Source: Octopus sinensis (lineage: Eukaryota). Taken from it: a stretch of DNA of 64,000 nucleotides. Positions 37,014 to 49,618 of this stretch are shown here, piece after piece. Under the pieces are notes generated by a model, which worked only from the letters and a program-made list of their open reading frames with translations, ran no database searches and was not told the DNA's origin. A program made the translations under genes and the position numbers. How positions within the stretch are numbered: position 1 is the first letter of the stretch; every line of letters begins with the position of its first letter. The stretch spans positions 51,770,001 through 51,834,000 of the forward strand of contig NC_042998.1 in the NCBI RefSeq assembly GCF_006345805.1, given 5' to 3'.

Positions 37014-38968
37014 CCTTGAGCGGCATTCATGTTAGTTCCTGTGGAGCACACCTTTGAGACCTTCAGTCCCACTATTGGGCTATGAAGCAGCCCTCTACCC
37101 TTGTATAGTGAAACTTATTTCTGCAAATGTGCTTAGCACTGATGCTGGTCATAGTTTAATCATAAGCATAGGAGCGAAGTAAATGCAGTAAAAATAGGGG
37201 TGGGGTGGGGTCAGGGTTAGTGGGGCTCCATTTAAGCAGCCCATCAGAAATTGAACCTCCTTACGATACTCCCTGGAATTTCATGGTATGAAATTCATTG
37301 TCATTGCTCCGATTTGGTTGCCAATGACATGTTTAAAATGCAGTAGAAACAGGGATGTCAGTGGGGCCTTGAAAAATAGACCCCCTTAGGACATTCCCTG
37401 GGATTAGGAGAGTTGCTGATTTGAGTTTCGTTGTGTTTGCACCAACGGTCTAGGAAGAGTTAATGCATATAAAAATGTAACAGAAAGAGAAACATCACTC
37501 AAATTTATATTAAGATATATATATATATATCTTTTATCTTTTACCTGTTTCAGTTGTTAGACTGGTTGTCAAGTGGTGGTAGAGAACAGACACAGACACA
37601 GACACACACACACACATGAACTAAAGATGACAGGCTTCTTTCAGTTTCCATCTATCATACTTCCTCACAAGGCTTTGTTTGGCTTGAGGTTATAGTAGAA
37701 GACTCTTGCCCAAGGTACCATATGGTGGAACTGTGTTCAGAACCATGTGGTTGGGAGGCAAGTTTCTTACCACATAGCAATGCCTGCAGCTATTAACTTA
37801 GTTAACTTTTTTCAAATATAATGTCTAGGTGTGGCTGTGAGGTAAGCAGAAGGCTTCCCAACCACATGGTTCTGAGTTTAGTACCACAGCATGGCACCTT
37901 GGGCAAGTGTCTTCTACTATAGCCTCAGGCCAACCAAGGCTTTGTGAGTGGATTTGGTAGCTGGAAACTGAAAGCCCAGCATATATCATTATCATCATCA
38001 TCATCATCATCGTTTAACATCTACTTTCCATGCTAGCATGGGTTGGACGATTTGACTGAGGACTGGCGAACCAGATGGCTGCACCAGGCTCCAATCTTGA
38101 TCTAGCAGAGTTTCTACAGCTGGATGCCCTTCCTAACGCCAACCACTCTGTGAGTGTAGTGGGTACTTTTATGTGCCACTGGCATGAGGGCCAGTCAGGC
38201 GGTACTGCTCAAATGGTGTTTTTTATGTGCCACTTGCACAGGAGCCAGTCCAGTGACACTGGCAATGACCCTAATCGAATATTTATATATATATATATAT
38301 ATAATATATATATATATACATACACACACACACGCACACACACACACACACACAAACATGTATATTTGCGTGCTTGTTTCTGTATTTGTGCCCCATTCCC
38401 ACCATTGCTTGACAACTGATGTTGGTGGGTTATGTTCTGCAACTTAGTTTGTTCAGCAAGATAGAATACTAGGCTTACTAAGAATAAGTCCTGGGGTGCA
38501 TTCGTTCGATTAAAAACCTAAGTTGGTGCTTCAGTATGGCCACAATGAAATGACTTAAACAAGTACAAGAATAAAAGAATAAAAGAATTATATCTACATC
38601 CATTTTTAATTATATCTCTACAGATTTTCTATAGAATTCAGAGGAAAGTCTGTTGGAGTCAAACTTTGGAAGTAACATACTGCTAACACAAAAGTAAGTC
38701 AGGACTTGGTAGTATAATATGGTTGCAAAATGAAATAATATACCCTTGCTAGCAATTAATGCCTATATCCCCTCTGTATAGTAGCAGTCTCCTTCTAACC
38801 CATATAATCTCTTAATTACTACTTAAACCTGACCTGTCATTTGTTAAACAAATGTTTGCACTCCTATATAAAAGGATAGACCCTCTCCCTACCAATCTCT
38901 GAAACATCAGAGTTTTTTTGTTTCCATCTCCTGTCTTTGTACATAAACACATAAACTTTATATATCAT

Positions 38969-39000
<32 letters not shown>

Positions 39001-39484
39001 GTGGTGAGCTGGCAGAAATGTTAGCATGCTGGGTGAAATGGTTACTGGTATTTCGGTATTTTGTATGTCTTTACATTCTGAGTTCAAATTCCACCAAAGT
39101 TGACTTTGCCTTTCATCCTTTCGAGGGTGGATAAATTAAGTACCAGTTGCATACTAGGGCCAATCTAATCAAGTGGCCCCCTTCCCCCAAAATTTCGGGC
39201 TTTGTGCCTAATGTAGAAAAGGATATATAAAGTTTATAATTCTGAGTTCAATCCCCTGCATGGCACTTTGAGCAAGTGTCTTCTACTATAGACTCGGGCT
39301 AATCAAGGCCTTGTGATTTGGTTTGGTAGATGGAAACTGAAAGAAGCCAGTTGTACATACATACATACATACATACATGCATATCAATAATAATAAAGGG
39401 TAAAATGAATTAATCAATTAATAATTAATACTTTTACCAAGTAGTTTGTTATGTTAAAAGAACCTTTATTGGTAACCTTATACA

Positions 39485-39564
39485 AAAATTCTATAATTAT
39501 AAGCATAATTATAATTCGGGTTCAGCAAAACCCTAATTATAATTATGCTTATAATTATAGAATT

Positions 39565-39566
<2 letters not shown>
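39485..39566. repeat. ~80-bp hairpin
   Basis: aaaattctataattataagcataattataattcgggtt / aaccctaattataattatgcttataattatagaatttt. Confidence 0.88.
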
Positions 39567-39618
<52 letters not shown>

Positions 39619-39750
39619 ATACACATTAAGTACAGGTCATCAACGTGCGTAAAACATGTAAATATGCGAGAGACAAGTACGGGGACAAAATACCACAAGA
39701 AGTCTACTTCCTCCTCAGTTGTCGACTGTTTATTACTCTCTGTATGTATA

Positions 39751-39804
<54 letters not shown>

Positions 39805-40212
39805 ATGTGTGTGTTTGTGTCTTTGTGTCTGTGTTTGTTCCCCATCAGTGCTTATAACCAGTGCTGCTGTGCTTATGCCCACATAACTTAGCAGTTCTGC
39901 AAAAGAGATCGATAGAATAAGATCTAGGATTTAAATGGAATAGTACTGGGGTGAATTCATTTGATCAAAATCATTTAATGTGGTGCCTCAGCAAGGCCGC
40001 AGTCTAATGACTGAAGCAAGTAAAAGATAGAAGATAAAGATAAAGACATATAGTTGCAGACATAATTTTACTTTCCAGCCACATGATTCCAGTTTCAGCT
40101 CCACTGTGTGGCACCTTGTGCAAGCCTCAGGCTTATCAAAGCCTTGTGTGTGGATTTGGTAGATGGAAACCTGTTCTGCATGTATATGTATGTGTGTGTG
40201 TGTGTTTGTGTA

Positions 40213-40244
<32 letters not shown>

Positions 40245-41091
40245 CAGGGTGCCATTTTATATTTATAATTTTACGCATTGTTTGTTTTTGATTTTGCCAA
40301 CTACACAGTATAGTTGGGCACTGTAGTGAGAAAAACAGCACCATGATGCAATTCACTCTACCAGAAATTTGGTAGATGGAAACCTGTTCTGTATGTGTAT
40401 GTGTGTGTGTGTTTGGAAACGACATGCTGTACTGCTTGGCATTTATGCCGGAAACTCCAATACAAACATTTCACAGTGTTTGGATGTCAATCTGAGGACA
40501 TGTACCAAGAATGATAAAAATCAAACATCCAGTCAACATCATGGTGTTTGGAGTGATCATTAGTGATGGTGACGTTATGCCTCCATTCACCTTTCCACAT
40601 GGGCTCAGATCAGATGCAGAGGCCCACACCAAATGCCTGGAGGTGGTAGTGCCTTCCTGGGTCACGAAGGTGGCTGCTGGAAGACCCTGTGCCTAGCAAC
40701 AGGACTCTGCACCATGCTACACAAGCAAGAAACCCAGTCATGGCTGTCAGACAATTTCTGCGACCACATCACTTCTAACATCCGGCTACCAAATCCCCCA
40801 GACTGCACCCCCCTTGATTATTATGTGTGGAGGACAGTTGAGTGAGAGACCAACAAAACTCTTTGTAACACCAAAGGGGAAATGAAGGCAAGGATTATAG
40901 CAGCATTCACCAACTTAAAGAAGGAGACCACCCAGAAGAGTTGTAGAAGATTCCAAAGTCATCTGGAGACCATAGCTGAAGCCAATGGATTTTATTTCAA
41001 GATATTCTTTATGTAATTCTGGTAAAAATGAGATGTCAGAGTTATTTTCATTTTTGTGTAATTTAGATGACAGTTTATTCACCACACCCTG
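40245..41091 (+). mobile_element. Internally deleted DD37D (maT-type) transposon
   Basis: TA|CAGGGTG ... CACCCTG|TA (only 7 bp of TIR match); internal KHPVNIMVFGVIISDGDVMPPF...QQDSAPCY...NPPDCTPLDYYVW homologous to 21725-22070. Confidence 0.72.
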
Positions 41092-41904
41092 TATACACAC
41101 ATATATATGCACACACACACACACACATACACACACACACATACAATAGGCTTCTTTCAGTTTCTGTCAACCAAATCCACTCATAAGGCTTTGGTCGGTC
41201 CGAGGCTATAGTAGAAGACACTTGCCCAAGGTGCCACGCAGTGGGACTGAAACTGGAACCATGTGGTTGGTAAGTTAGCTACTTACCACACAGCCACTTC
41301 TACACCTGCATGATTAATTGAAAGCAATGTGAAAAATAAACATTACATTTGACAGAATAATCTGAATGCTAAAGAGTTAACCAATAATATAGATTGTGTC
41401 CTTGTGTTATGTCTCTGTTGAAGCATATTTACATTGTCAACGTTCATAAAATCACTCCAAATCATTTCTGAGACATCTATGTTGTGGGTGAATGAAATCT
41501 GCAGGCTGGAAACCAAGGTGTTATAAAGGGTAGTATCACAGGCATGTCTCTATTTAGAAACAACAGGAAACAGATGGCTAATGCATAGGAGGTAGATTCT
41601 GGTTGACAGTCAAATTTTGGAATAAACCACAGATGAAAATATTTGTAGTCTTTGAAAGAATTTATAGTTACAATCCCTAGAGAGAGTATGCAGTTCAACA
41701 CTATAAAGTATCTTGATTTTTATCTATTGTGACTCACTTGACATCAGTGTAAGTCAGTAGTCAGAAGCCTGCTTACTGTCTTCTAGGCTGCTTGTGTATT
41801 GTATATCACTCAGTATCCTGAATAGGTGAATAGGTCACATAAGTGTGTATGTGTGTGTGTGTGTGTGTAAATAATATAAAATAATATATATGTATATAAG
41901 TCTG

Positions 41905-41959
<55 letters not shown>

Positions 41960-42099
41960 GTAAAGTAATCACCACATGTGTTCCAGCCACATTGATGTGG
42001 CTGGAACACTGTTAGCATAATTACTACTCTCATCTCTTACTGAGATTTTTTATAACTATATATATATATAATTAATATATCCACACATATATGTTGTAT

Positions 42100-42461
42100 G
42101 GTGGAGGCGCAATGGCCCAGTGGTTAGGGCAGCAGACTCGCGGTCATAGGATCGCAGTTTCGATTCCCAGACCAGGCGTTGTGAGTGTTTATTGAGCAAA
42201 AACACCTAAAGCTCCACGAGGCTCCGGCAGGGGATTGTGGTGATCCCTGCTGTACTCTTTCACCACAACTTTCTCTCACTCTTTTCCTGTTTCTGTTGTA
42301 CCTGTATTTCAAAGGGCTGGCCTTGTCACTCTCTTGTCACGCTGAATATCCCCGTGTCTGTGGAGTGCTCGCACCTTACACGTTAATTTCACGAGCAGGC
42401 TGTTCCGTTGATTCGGATCAACGGACCCCTCATCGTCGTAAAGACGGAGTGCTCCCTAAAA
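42100..42461 (+). mobile_element. tRNA-derived SINE (family D; head resembles tRNA-Arg TCG)
   Basis: A box tggcccagtggtta, B box gtttcgattccc, short A tail; 11-bp TSD atatgttgtat (42089-42099, 42462-42472). Confidence 0.85.
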
Positions 42462-42600
42462 ATATGTTGTATACATACATGTGTGTGCATGTGTCTATTT
42501 TTTCTCTAAGTTTCAGAACAAGGACTGCGGCCATGCTGGGGCACCACTATTTACTCTGCTACACTTTCACTAATATGTGACATTTGGTGGATGAGGGAGA

Positions 42601-43104
42601 TAATTTCATGTTAAAGTAGTCCTATTTCAGTAATTTCAACCAATCAATGACGTGTATTCAGCTGAATAAAATTACTGCTGCTGTTTGTCAACAACTATTG
42701 GCGGTGTATTTTTCGTTTGTCACTGTTATTTATGACATTGTTCATGCGTTTGCACTGGTTTTAGCTTTAGGTTTTTAGGGTTAGGGTGTTAAGGTTAGGG
42801 TTTTAGGGTTAGGATAAGGGTTAGGGTTGTCATAAATAACAGTGACAAATGAAAAATACACCGCTGGAAGTTCTTGTTGATAAACAACGACAGGAATTTT
42901 ATTCAGCTAAATACACGTCATTGATTGGTTGAAATTACCGAAATAGGACTACTTTAACGTGAAATTACTTTGTAAATATGTTTTTCTCAAAAATGCTAAG
43001 AGTAAAAGATGCTTTATATGACACATTCTACCAGTGTCCGAAGTTTGAAAGTGTTTAGTAACAAAAAATTATCTTTTAAATCTGTAGGTCAAAGGGTAAA
43101 GATT
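42601..43104. mobile_element. Fold-back element relic with a degenerate TTAGGG loop, related to 2803-3622
   Basis: Inverted arms 42601-42737 / 42828-42967; right extension acacattctaccagtgtccgaagtttgaaagtgtttagt matches the 3540-3580 subterminal sequence. Confidence 0.78.
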
Positions 43105-44070
43105 GATTTTACTAAATTTTTTGTTATTCTAAAAATTAATTTGAAACAAAAGCATTATACGTCAACAGAAATATGGTAACAAAAGGGTTAATGAGTATAT
43201 AGAATAGGTCTGTATGGATATCGGTATTGTAAATAAGTATACTTGGATGATGTTATGCATAAAAACTAACAAGATTGCATGAGCGGAATTTGATTCTGTT
43301 ACAAAACAGATGTGTATGTGTGCAAAACAGTCATGCATAGTAGTTGTCTTTCAGTTGTCTGTTATGGGAGAATCCTGACCCCGCCCCCACATGACTGAAG
43401 GTGGACTAATCTATTACAATAAATAAGAACTGAGTGAGCTGTCAGGGGAGTAGTTCACAGGTGTTAGTTTGACAGTCAGTAGTTGAACAGTGGATACCAA
43501 GTATTGTACCTACATCCGATTAGTATGGAGTGCATTCTGTGCTAACATATTTTTTCTATGATAGACTATTTTTAGATAAACACAACCAACTAGCTGGCAG
43601 AAATGTTAGCACACCGGGCGAAATGCTTAGAGGTATTTTGTCTGCGGTTATGTTCTGAGTTCAAATTCTGCTGAGGTCGGCTTTGCCTTTCATCTTTTCA
43701 GGGTCGATAAATAAAGTACCAGTTATGCACCAGGGTCAATGTAATCGACTTAATCCCTTTGTCTGTCCTTGTTTGTCCCCTCTATGTTTAGTCCCTTGTG
43801 GGCAATAAAGAAATATATTTATGTAATACCATTTTACACGAGATGTGTATACCCATGCCATAGTGTTGTCCCTTATCCTAATGTCCATTAGATACTGCTC
43901 TTAAAAGTGATTCAAAAAGCCTCAATTAATCTATTTGTTCTGGTCATTTATCATTGTTACGACATCTGTGGTGCCAGAACTTAGCTAGACTCCATTTGCG
44001 ATGTTGGGATTATTTCAGCTTAATGACTGTTATTTAATTAATTTATTTAAATGCAACACATGCAGTTACT

Positions 44071-44599
<529 letters not shown>

Positions 44600-45567
44600 T
44601 TATAAAGTATTTGCCTAAAGCAACATGCAACTTAAGTACAGGTCAAAAGTTGAAACCAAAGTATCATGAACAGAAAGGAGTGACACTTGTCTTCTGCTGC
44701 AACTTATATATTTATATAAGTCACAGCAGTAGGTAAGAGTATATATGGCACTAAGTATATAGATAGTGCTTCAAAAAGTCACTCTCCATTGTCTTTTTTA
44801 TTCAATCCACAATCAGCAGAAATCTGTTCTTCTTTAAAATGTAGTAGTTGGAACATATTGTAGTTTCTCAATAACATTTGATTGAACTACAATACTTGTG
44901 TCTATGTTAGTAGGTGAAACTATTGACAAAGTGCATTGTATTTCAGGTTCACTAAACTCAGCTGGTTTAGCATTTGCTTTTATCTTCAAGAATTGTATTA
45001 TTTGTTGTATTTTAGGCAGATCAGTAGCCATGTGGTATGTTTCTTGGTCTTTCATTTCTTCATGCAGCTTTGGACAAGACCTTTTTGTGATTTGTATAGA
45101 AAGAAAAGGCCACTGTCAAGGCCACTTTCTAATGTTTCAATCCATCCAATAATACTGCCAAAATGTGAAGGTACATAGCTTAGTGGTTAGGCTGTTTGAC
45201 TCATGATCATAATGCATTTGGGTTCAATTCCTGGAATGGGTGGCATGTTGCCTCTTTGGGCAAAGCACTTAATTTCTCAATGGTTCAGTCTACCCAGTTG
45301 AAAATGAGTACTGGTGGAATGTTTGTCAAGCTCTATCTCCCTCCAGCTGTAATATCTTGAATGTGCCATGGTGTCAAAGAATGTGAGAACTAAAAAGGTG
45401 TCCAATCCTGTTTAAGTGATCACATTAGACACTTAAAACAATTAGCAGTAGTATGGCAAATCCTAACAAACTACACACATTTACAGATGACCAGTGGCTC
45501 CCTTTTAACTACCACAATCCAATTTTACCAGCCTTTTAGTATTCTTATAAGAGAAATGTATGAAAAA

Positions 45568-45798
45568 GGAGGTGAGCTGGCAGAAACAGTAGCATGCCTG
45601 GCAAAATACTTGGCTGTATTACGTCTGCCGTTATGTTCTGAGTTCAAATTCTGCCGAGTTCGACTTTGCCTTTCATCCTTTCAGGGTCAATAAATTAAGT
45701 ACCAGTTATGCACTGAGGTCGATGTAATCGACTTAATCCCTTTGTCTATCCTTGTTTGTCCCCTCTATGTTTAGCCCCTTGTGAGCAATAAAGAAATA
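45568..45798 (+). mobile_element. SINE family B, full length
   Basis: 16-bp TSD agaaatgtatgaaaaa (45552-45567, 45799-45814); core gcctttcatcctttcagggtcaataaattaagtaccag. Confidence 0.88.
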
Positions 45799-46323
45799 AG
45801 AAATGTATGAAAAAATTATATCAGCAATTGAAATCAATTATTGTTTGTTCATTGAAAAATATTGATCTGACAAAATTAGGATAACCTCCAATAAATTAAT
45901 TAAACAGCTTATAGAATAAAGGTATTTAAAGATCAATAAGCACTAAATATGAGCCATGGCTATTGTTCACAGTCATCTTCAATGTTAACAATTAATAACT
46001 ACAAATTGAAGTAAATAATCAATTGATAATGACATTTATAAGAAAATGACAGTCAATAAAATAGGTCAGCTGTGTTTCAATTAACTTGAAAATAATGAAG
46101 AATTTATTAAAATAACTTTGTCATTATTAAGTTGGTGTTTAGAATATATATTAGCACGAAAATTTCAATGGAAGGTTTTAATTTAGACCACTAAAAATAG
46201 TGAATTTGTATCATTGAACTAGGGCCAGTGTCAGATGATTTGATATCGAAATGTTTAACTCAGTGGCTTTGATTTTTTCCTCATGTGCAGAACCCTTATA
46301 TTTCTAAAACATGCTTACACATA

Positions 46324-46362
<39 letters not shown>

Positions 46363-46363
<1 letters not shown>

Positions 46364-46706
46364 AATTGGAATTTTTGAAAAGTAAAAATTTTGCATTATG
46401 TAGCTTGTTATTCTCTTCAAGTGAACATTTTTCTGGTTGAAATACACCGAAAAGTGGCGACACAGCAGTGAAAAAATCATAAAAAAATCGGGATTTTCAT
46501 AGAAAAAAGCACCTTTTTGATGTAAATAATTTTTGGTGTTAACATGGTCCGATTTGAATTTTTTCTTCTACAAAAGGAAGAGCAACCCTTCTATCATACT
46601 CTCAAGTTTAGTCAACTTGCACCGCAGGGTCTCGGAGGAAATAGTGTTAGTTGAAGGCTACCAAACCTACCATACACAGACAACTTCAGCTTTATATATA
46701 GAGAGA
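46363..46706 (-). mobile_element. Non-autonomous Helitron, 3'-truncated
   Basis: Same body and A|TCTCTCTATATATAAAGCTGAAG 5' end as 52323-52714, but lacks the hairpin and CTAG. Confidence 0.78.
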
Positions 46707-47411
46707 TATATACATAGATACATGTATAAGTGTCTATGTATATATATATATATATGTGTGTATGTATATGTTTGTGTGTCTGTGTTTGTCCCACCACTAT
46801 TGCTTGACAACTGATGCTGGTGTGTTTATGTCCCCGTAACTTAGCAGTTTGGCAAAAGAGACCGATAGGATAAGTACTAGGCTTTCAAAGAAAATGTCCT
46901 GGGGTCGATTTGCTTGACTAAAGACGGTAATCCAGCATGGCCACACTCAAATAACTGAAACAAATAAAAGAGTAAAAGAGTATATGGATTAAAAATTTGA
47001 TAAACTCTTAACATCTTCTCTTCTCAATTTTTAATTGTTAGTTGAGTTTATATTGAATTATATCCTATAAATGCTCATAACACACTTTATGCTTGTTAAA
47101 TTTTCATATTTTTAAAAATAAATACTTGCACTAGTAAGCTACAATTTTAATATGAAGAATCTTTATTAGAAATCTAACTTTTTCCCCCTTGCTCCCCTCC
47201 AAAGTAAAGATGTTCTAATTGAACTTAACCTTTCTCAAATATCTTTAATATATATATTTATATTTATAGAGAGGTTGTGTTCTCTGGCCATTTGAGTCTG
47301 ATAAGTTACTTATGTAGCTAAATGCTTTAGAGGTACAAAACTAACGGGTCACTCTCTGACCTCGTAAATGTGTCTGTGTGTGTGTAATACCCAGTATGAT
47401 ATTAACCTACA

Positions 47412-47646
47412 AAGGCAGCGAGCTGGTAGAAACGTTAGCACGCCGGGTGAAATGCGTAGCCGTATTCCGTCTGCCGTTACATTCTGAGTTCAAATTCTGT
47501 CGAGGTCGACTTTGCCTTTCATCCTTTCGGGGTCAATAAATTAAGTACCAGTTACACAATGGGGTCGATGTAATCGACTTAATCCGTTTGTCTGTCCTTG
47601 TTTGTCCTCTCTGCGTTTAGCCCCTTGTAGGTCGTAAAGAAATAGG
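47412..47646 (+). mobile_element. SINE family B, full length
   Basis: 12-bp TSD tattaacctaca (47400-47411, 47647-47658). Confidence 0.9.
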
Positions 47647-48159
47647 TATTAACCTACATTTGGTGTTGTGGCTCTAGTTTGGGAGTTCCAGAATTGTAGG
47701 GAGCATGTAGTCACTCCTTAATTACCATTCTCCTAGGTCTGTTCTGACCCAGAATGGTAGTACCTGTCAGAGCCCCATCTATGAGTTAAAGAGATTTTCC
47801 AGGAGTAGAGGAGGCTTTTGTTATTTCCCACAAAGCCATAGGGAAGGCAGCTGTTCTAAGAAAAAAGGTACTCTTATATAAAACTTGCAATCAAAATATA
47901 GTACCAGTAATCTTGCAATGCTTGTTATTAAAACCTATTATAGCAACCCAAGAGAGTGACAAAAGTGTTCGTTTGTTTGTTTCATTTCTTTGTTTCTGGC
48001 AAGAAAAAAGTAATGTTATATTGTGATAGACTGGTGTTCTATCCAGTGGGGAATATATACACCTCAGAATCTGGGAAACTGGCCTTATGAGCCAATAGCT
48101 TAAGAAGTACCTTTGAACCCTTTTGATGAGTGTGTATGTATGTGTGTTTCTATCTATCA

Positions 48160-48265
<106 letters not shown>

Positions 48266-48272
48266 CTATCTA

Positions 48273-48796
48273 GGTGAAAGAATGTATCTGGTGGACGTGT
48301 TTGAAAGGATTACAGATAAACATTTTCCTCTCTGGTCAATCCCTTATCATCTTCTTCAAGTATCACTTGAAAAGGAAAGTGAGAGTAGAGAGGCAAGTTT
48401 TGTCTAGCGAATGTTTGAAAAAATGATGGGTGAATGTAGCAAGGATGGCACATATGAATGACGAAGCCACCTTGAGCATAATCCTATGAACCTGGAAAAA
48501 TTGAAAACAGTGAGTTACTTACTTGCAAATAAATGTGTTAACATGTGACATTATTGACCGCGGTTACTGTGGTCTTTTCTTTCCACGTATAAACCTTATT
48601 TGTTTCCCCCTTTACACTTTACATCATGACATTTCTGTGATACAGGATCCCTATTTATCGTTTTTTCTTTCTTTTTTACAATCCCTTTTGATCGAAAACC
48701 TACCCCACTTTTTTTTTCTTTTCTCCCCAAAAAGTAAAGCTCTACTTTGTAATTTGTCCCCTCTGTGTTCAGCCCTGAATGGCTAATAAAGAAACA
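48273..48796 (+). mobile_element. 5'-truncated L1/Tx1-like LINE 3' end in (TATC)n
   Basis: ORF end (KYHLKRKVRVERQVL...F) plus UTR ending gctaataaagaaaca; (TATC)n on both sides. Confidence 0.78.
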
Positions 48797-48888
<92 letters not shown>

Positions 48889-49535
48889 GTTCCTTCCTTC
48901 AAACGGGAAGGAAGAGCTATTTTTATCATACTTGTGGCTATGGCAAAAGAATGTATCTGGTGGACGCACCTGAAAGGATTAGAGACAAACACTTTCCTCT
49001 CTGGTCAATCTCTCATCAACTTCTTCAAGTATCACTTGAAGAGGAAAGTGAGAGTAGAGAGGCATGTTTTGTCTAGTGAATGTTTTAAAAAAAGATGGGT
49101 GAATGTAGCAAGGATGGCACGTATGAATGGCGAAGCCACCTTGACTATGATTCTATGAACTGTAAAAATTAATACAGAGAGTTGCTTACTTACAAAAAAA
49201 AAAAAGAAATATAACATGTGACTTCATTGACCGAGGTTACCGTCGTCTTTTCTGTAGGCTTTTCTTTCCACGGGTAAACCTCACCTGTCCTTCCCTTTAC
49301 ACTTCATATTGACATTTCTGTGATAATGATCCCTATTGATCAATTTTTTTCTTTTCCCTTCCCCCCCTTTATTTATTTATTTTTTTATTTTATCCCCCCC
49401 TTTTTGTCCTCTTTCTTTCCTTTTACGATCCCTTTTGATCGAAAACCCCCCCCCCTTTTTTTACCCCCAAAAGAAAAGCTCTACCTTGTAATTTGTCCTG
49501 TCTGTGTGCAGCCCTGTGTGGCTAATAAAGAAACA
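48889..49535 (+). mobile_element. Second 5'-truncated L1/Tx1-like LINE 3' end in (TATC)n
   Basis: FFKYHLKRKVRVERHVLSSECFKKRWVNVARMARMNGEATLTMIL*, UTR ending gctaataaagaaaca(tatc)n. Confidence 0.78.
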
Positions 49536-49572
49536 TATCTATCTATCTATCTATATATATGTGCATGTGTGC

Positions 49573-49618
<46 letters not shown>

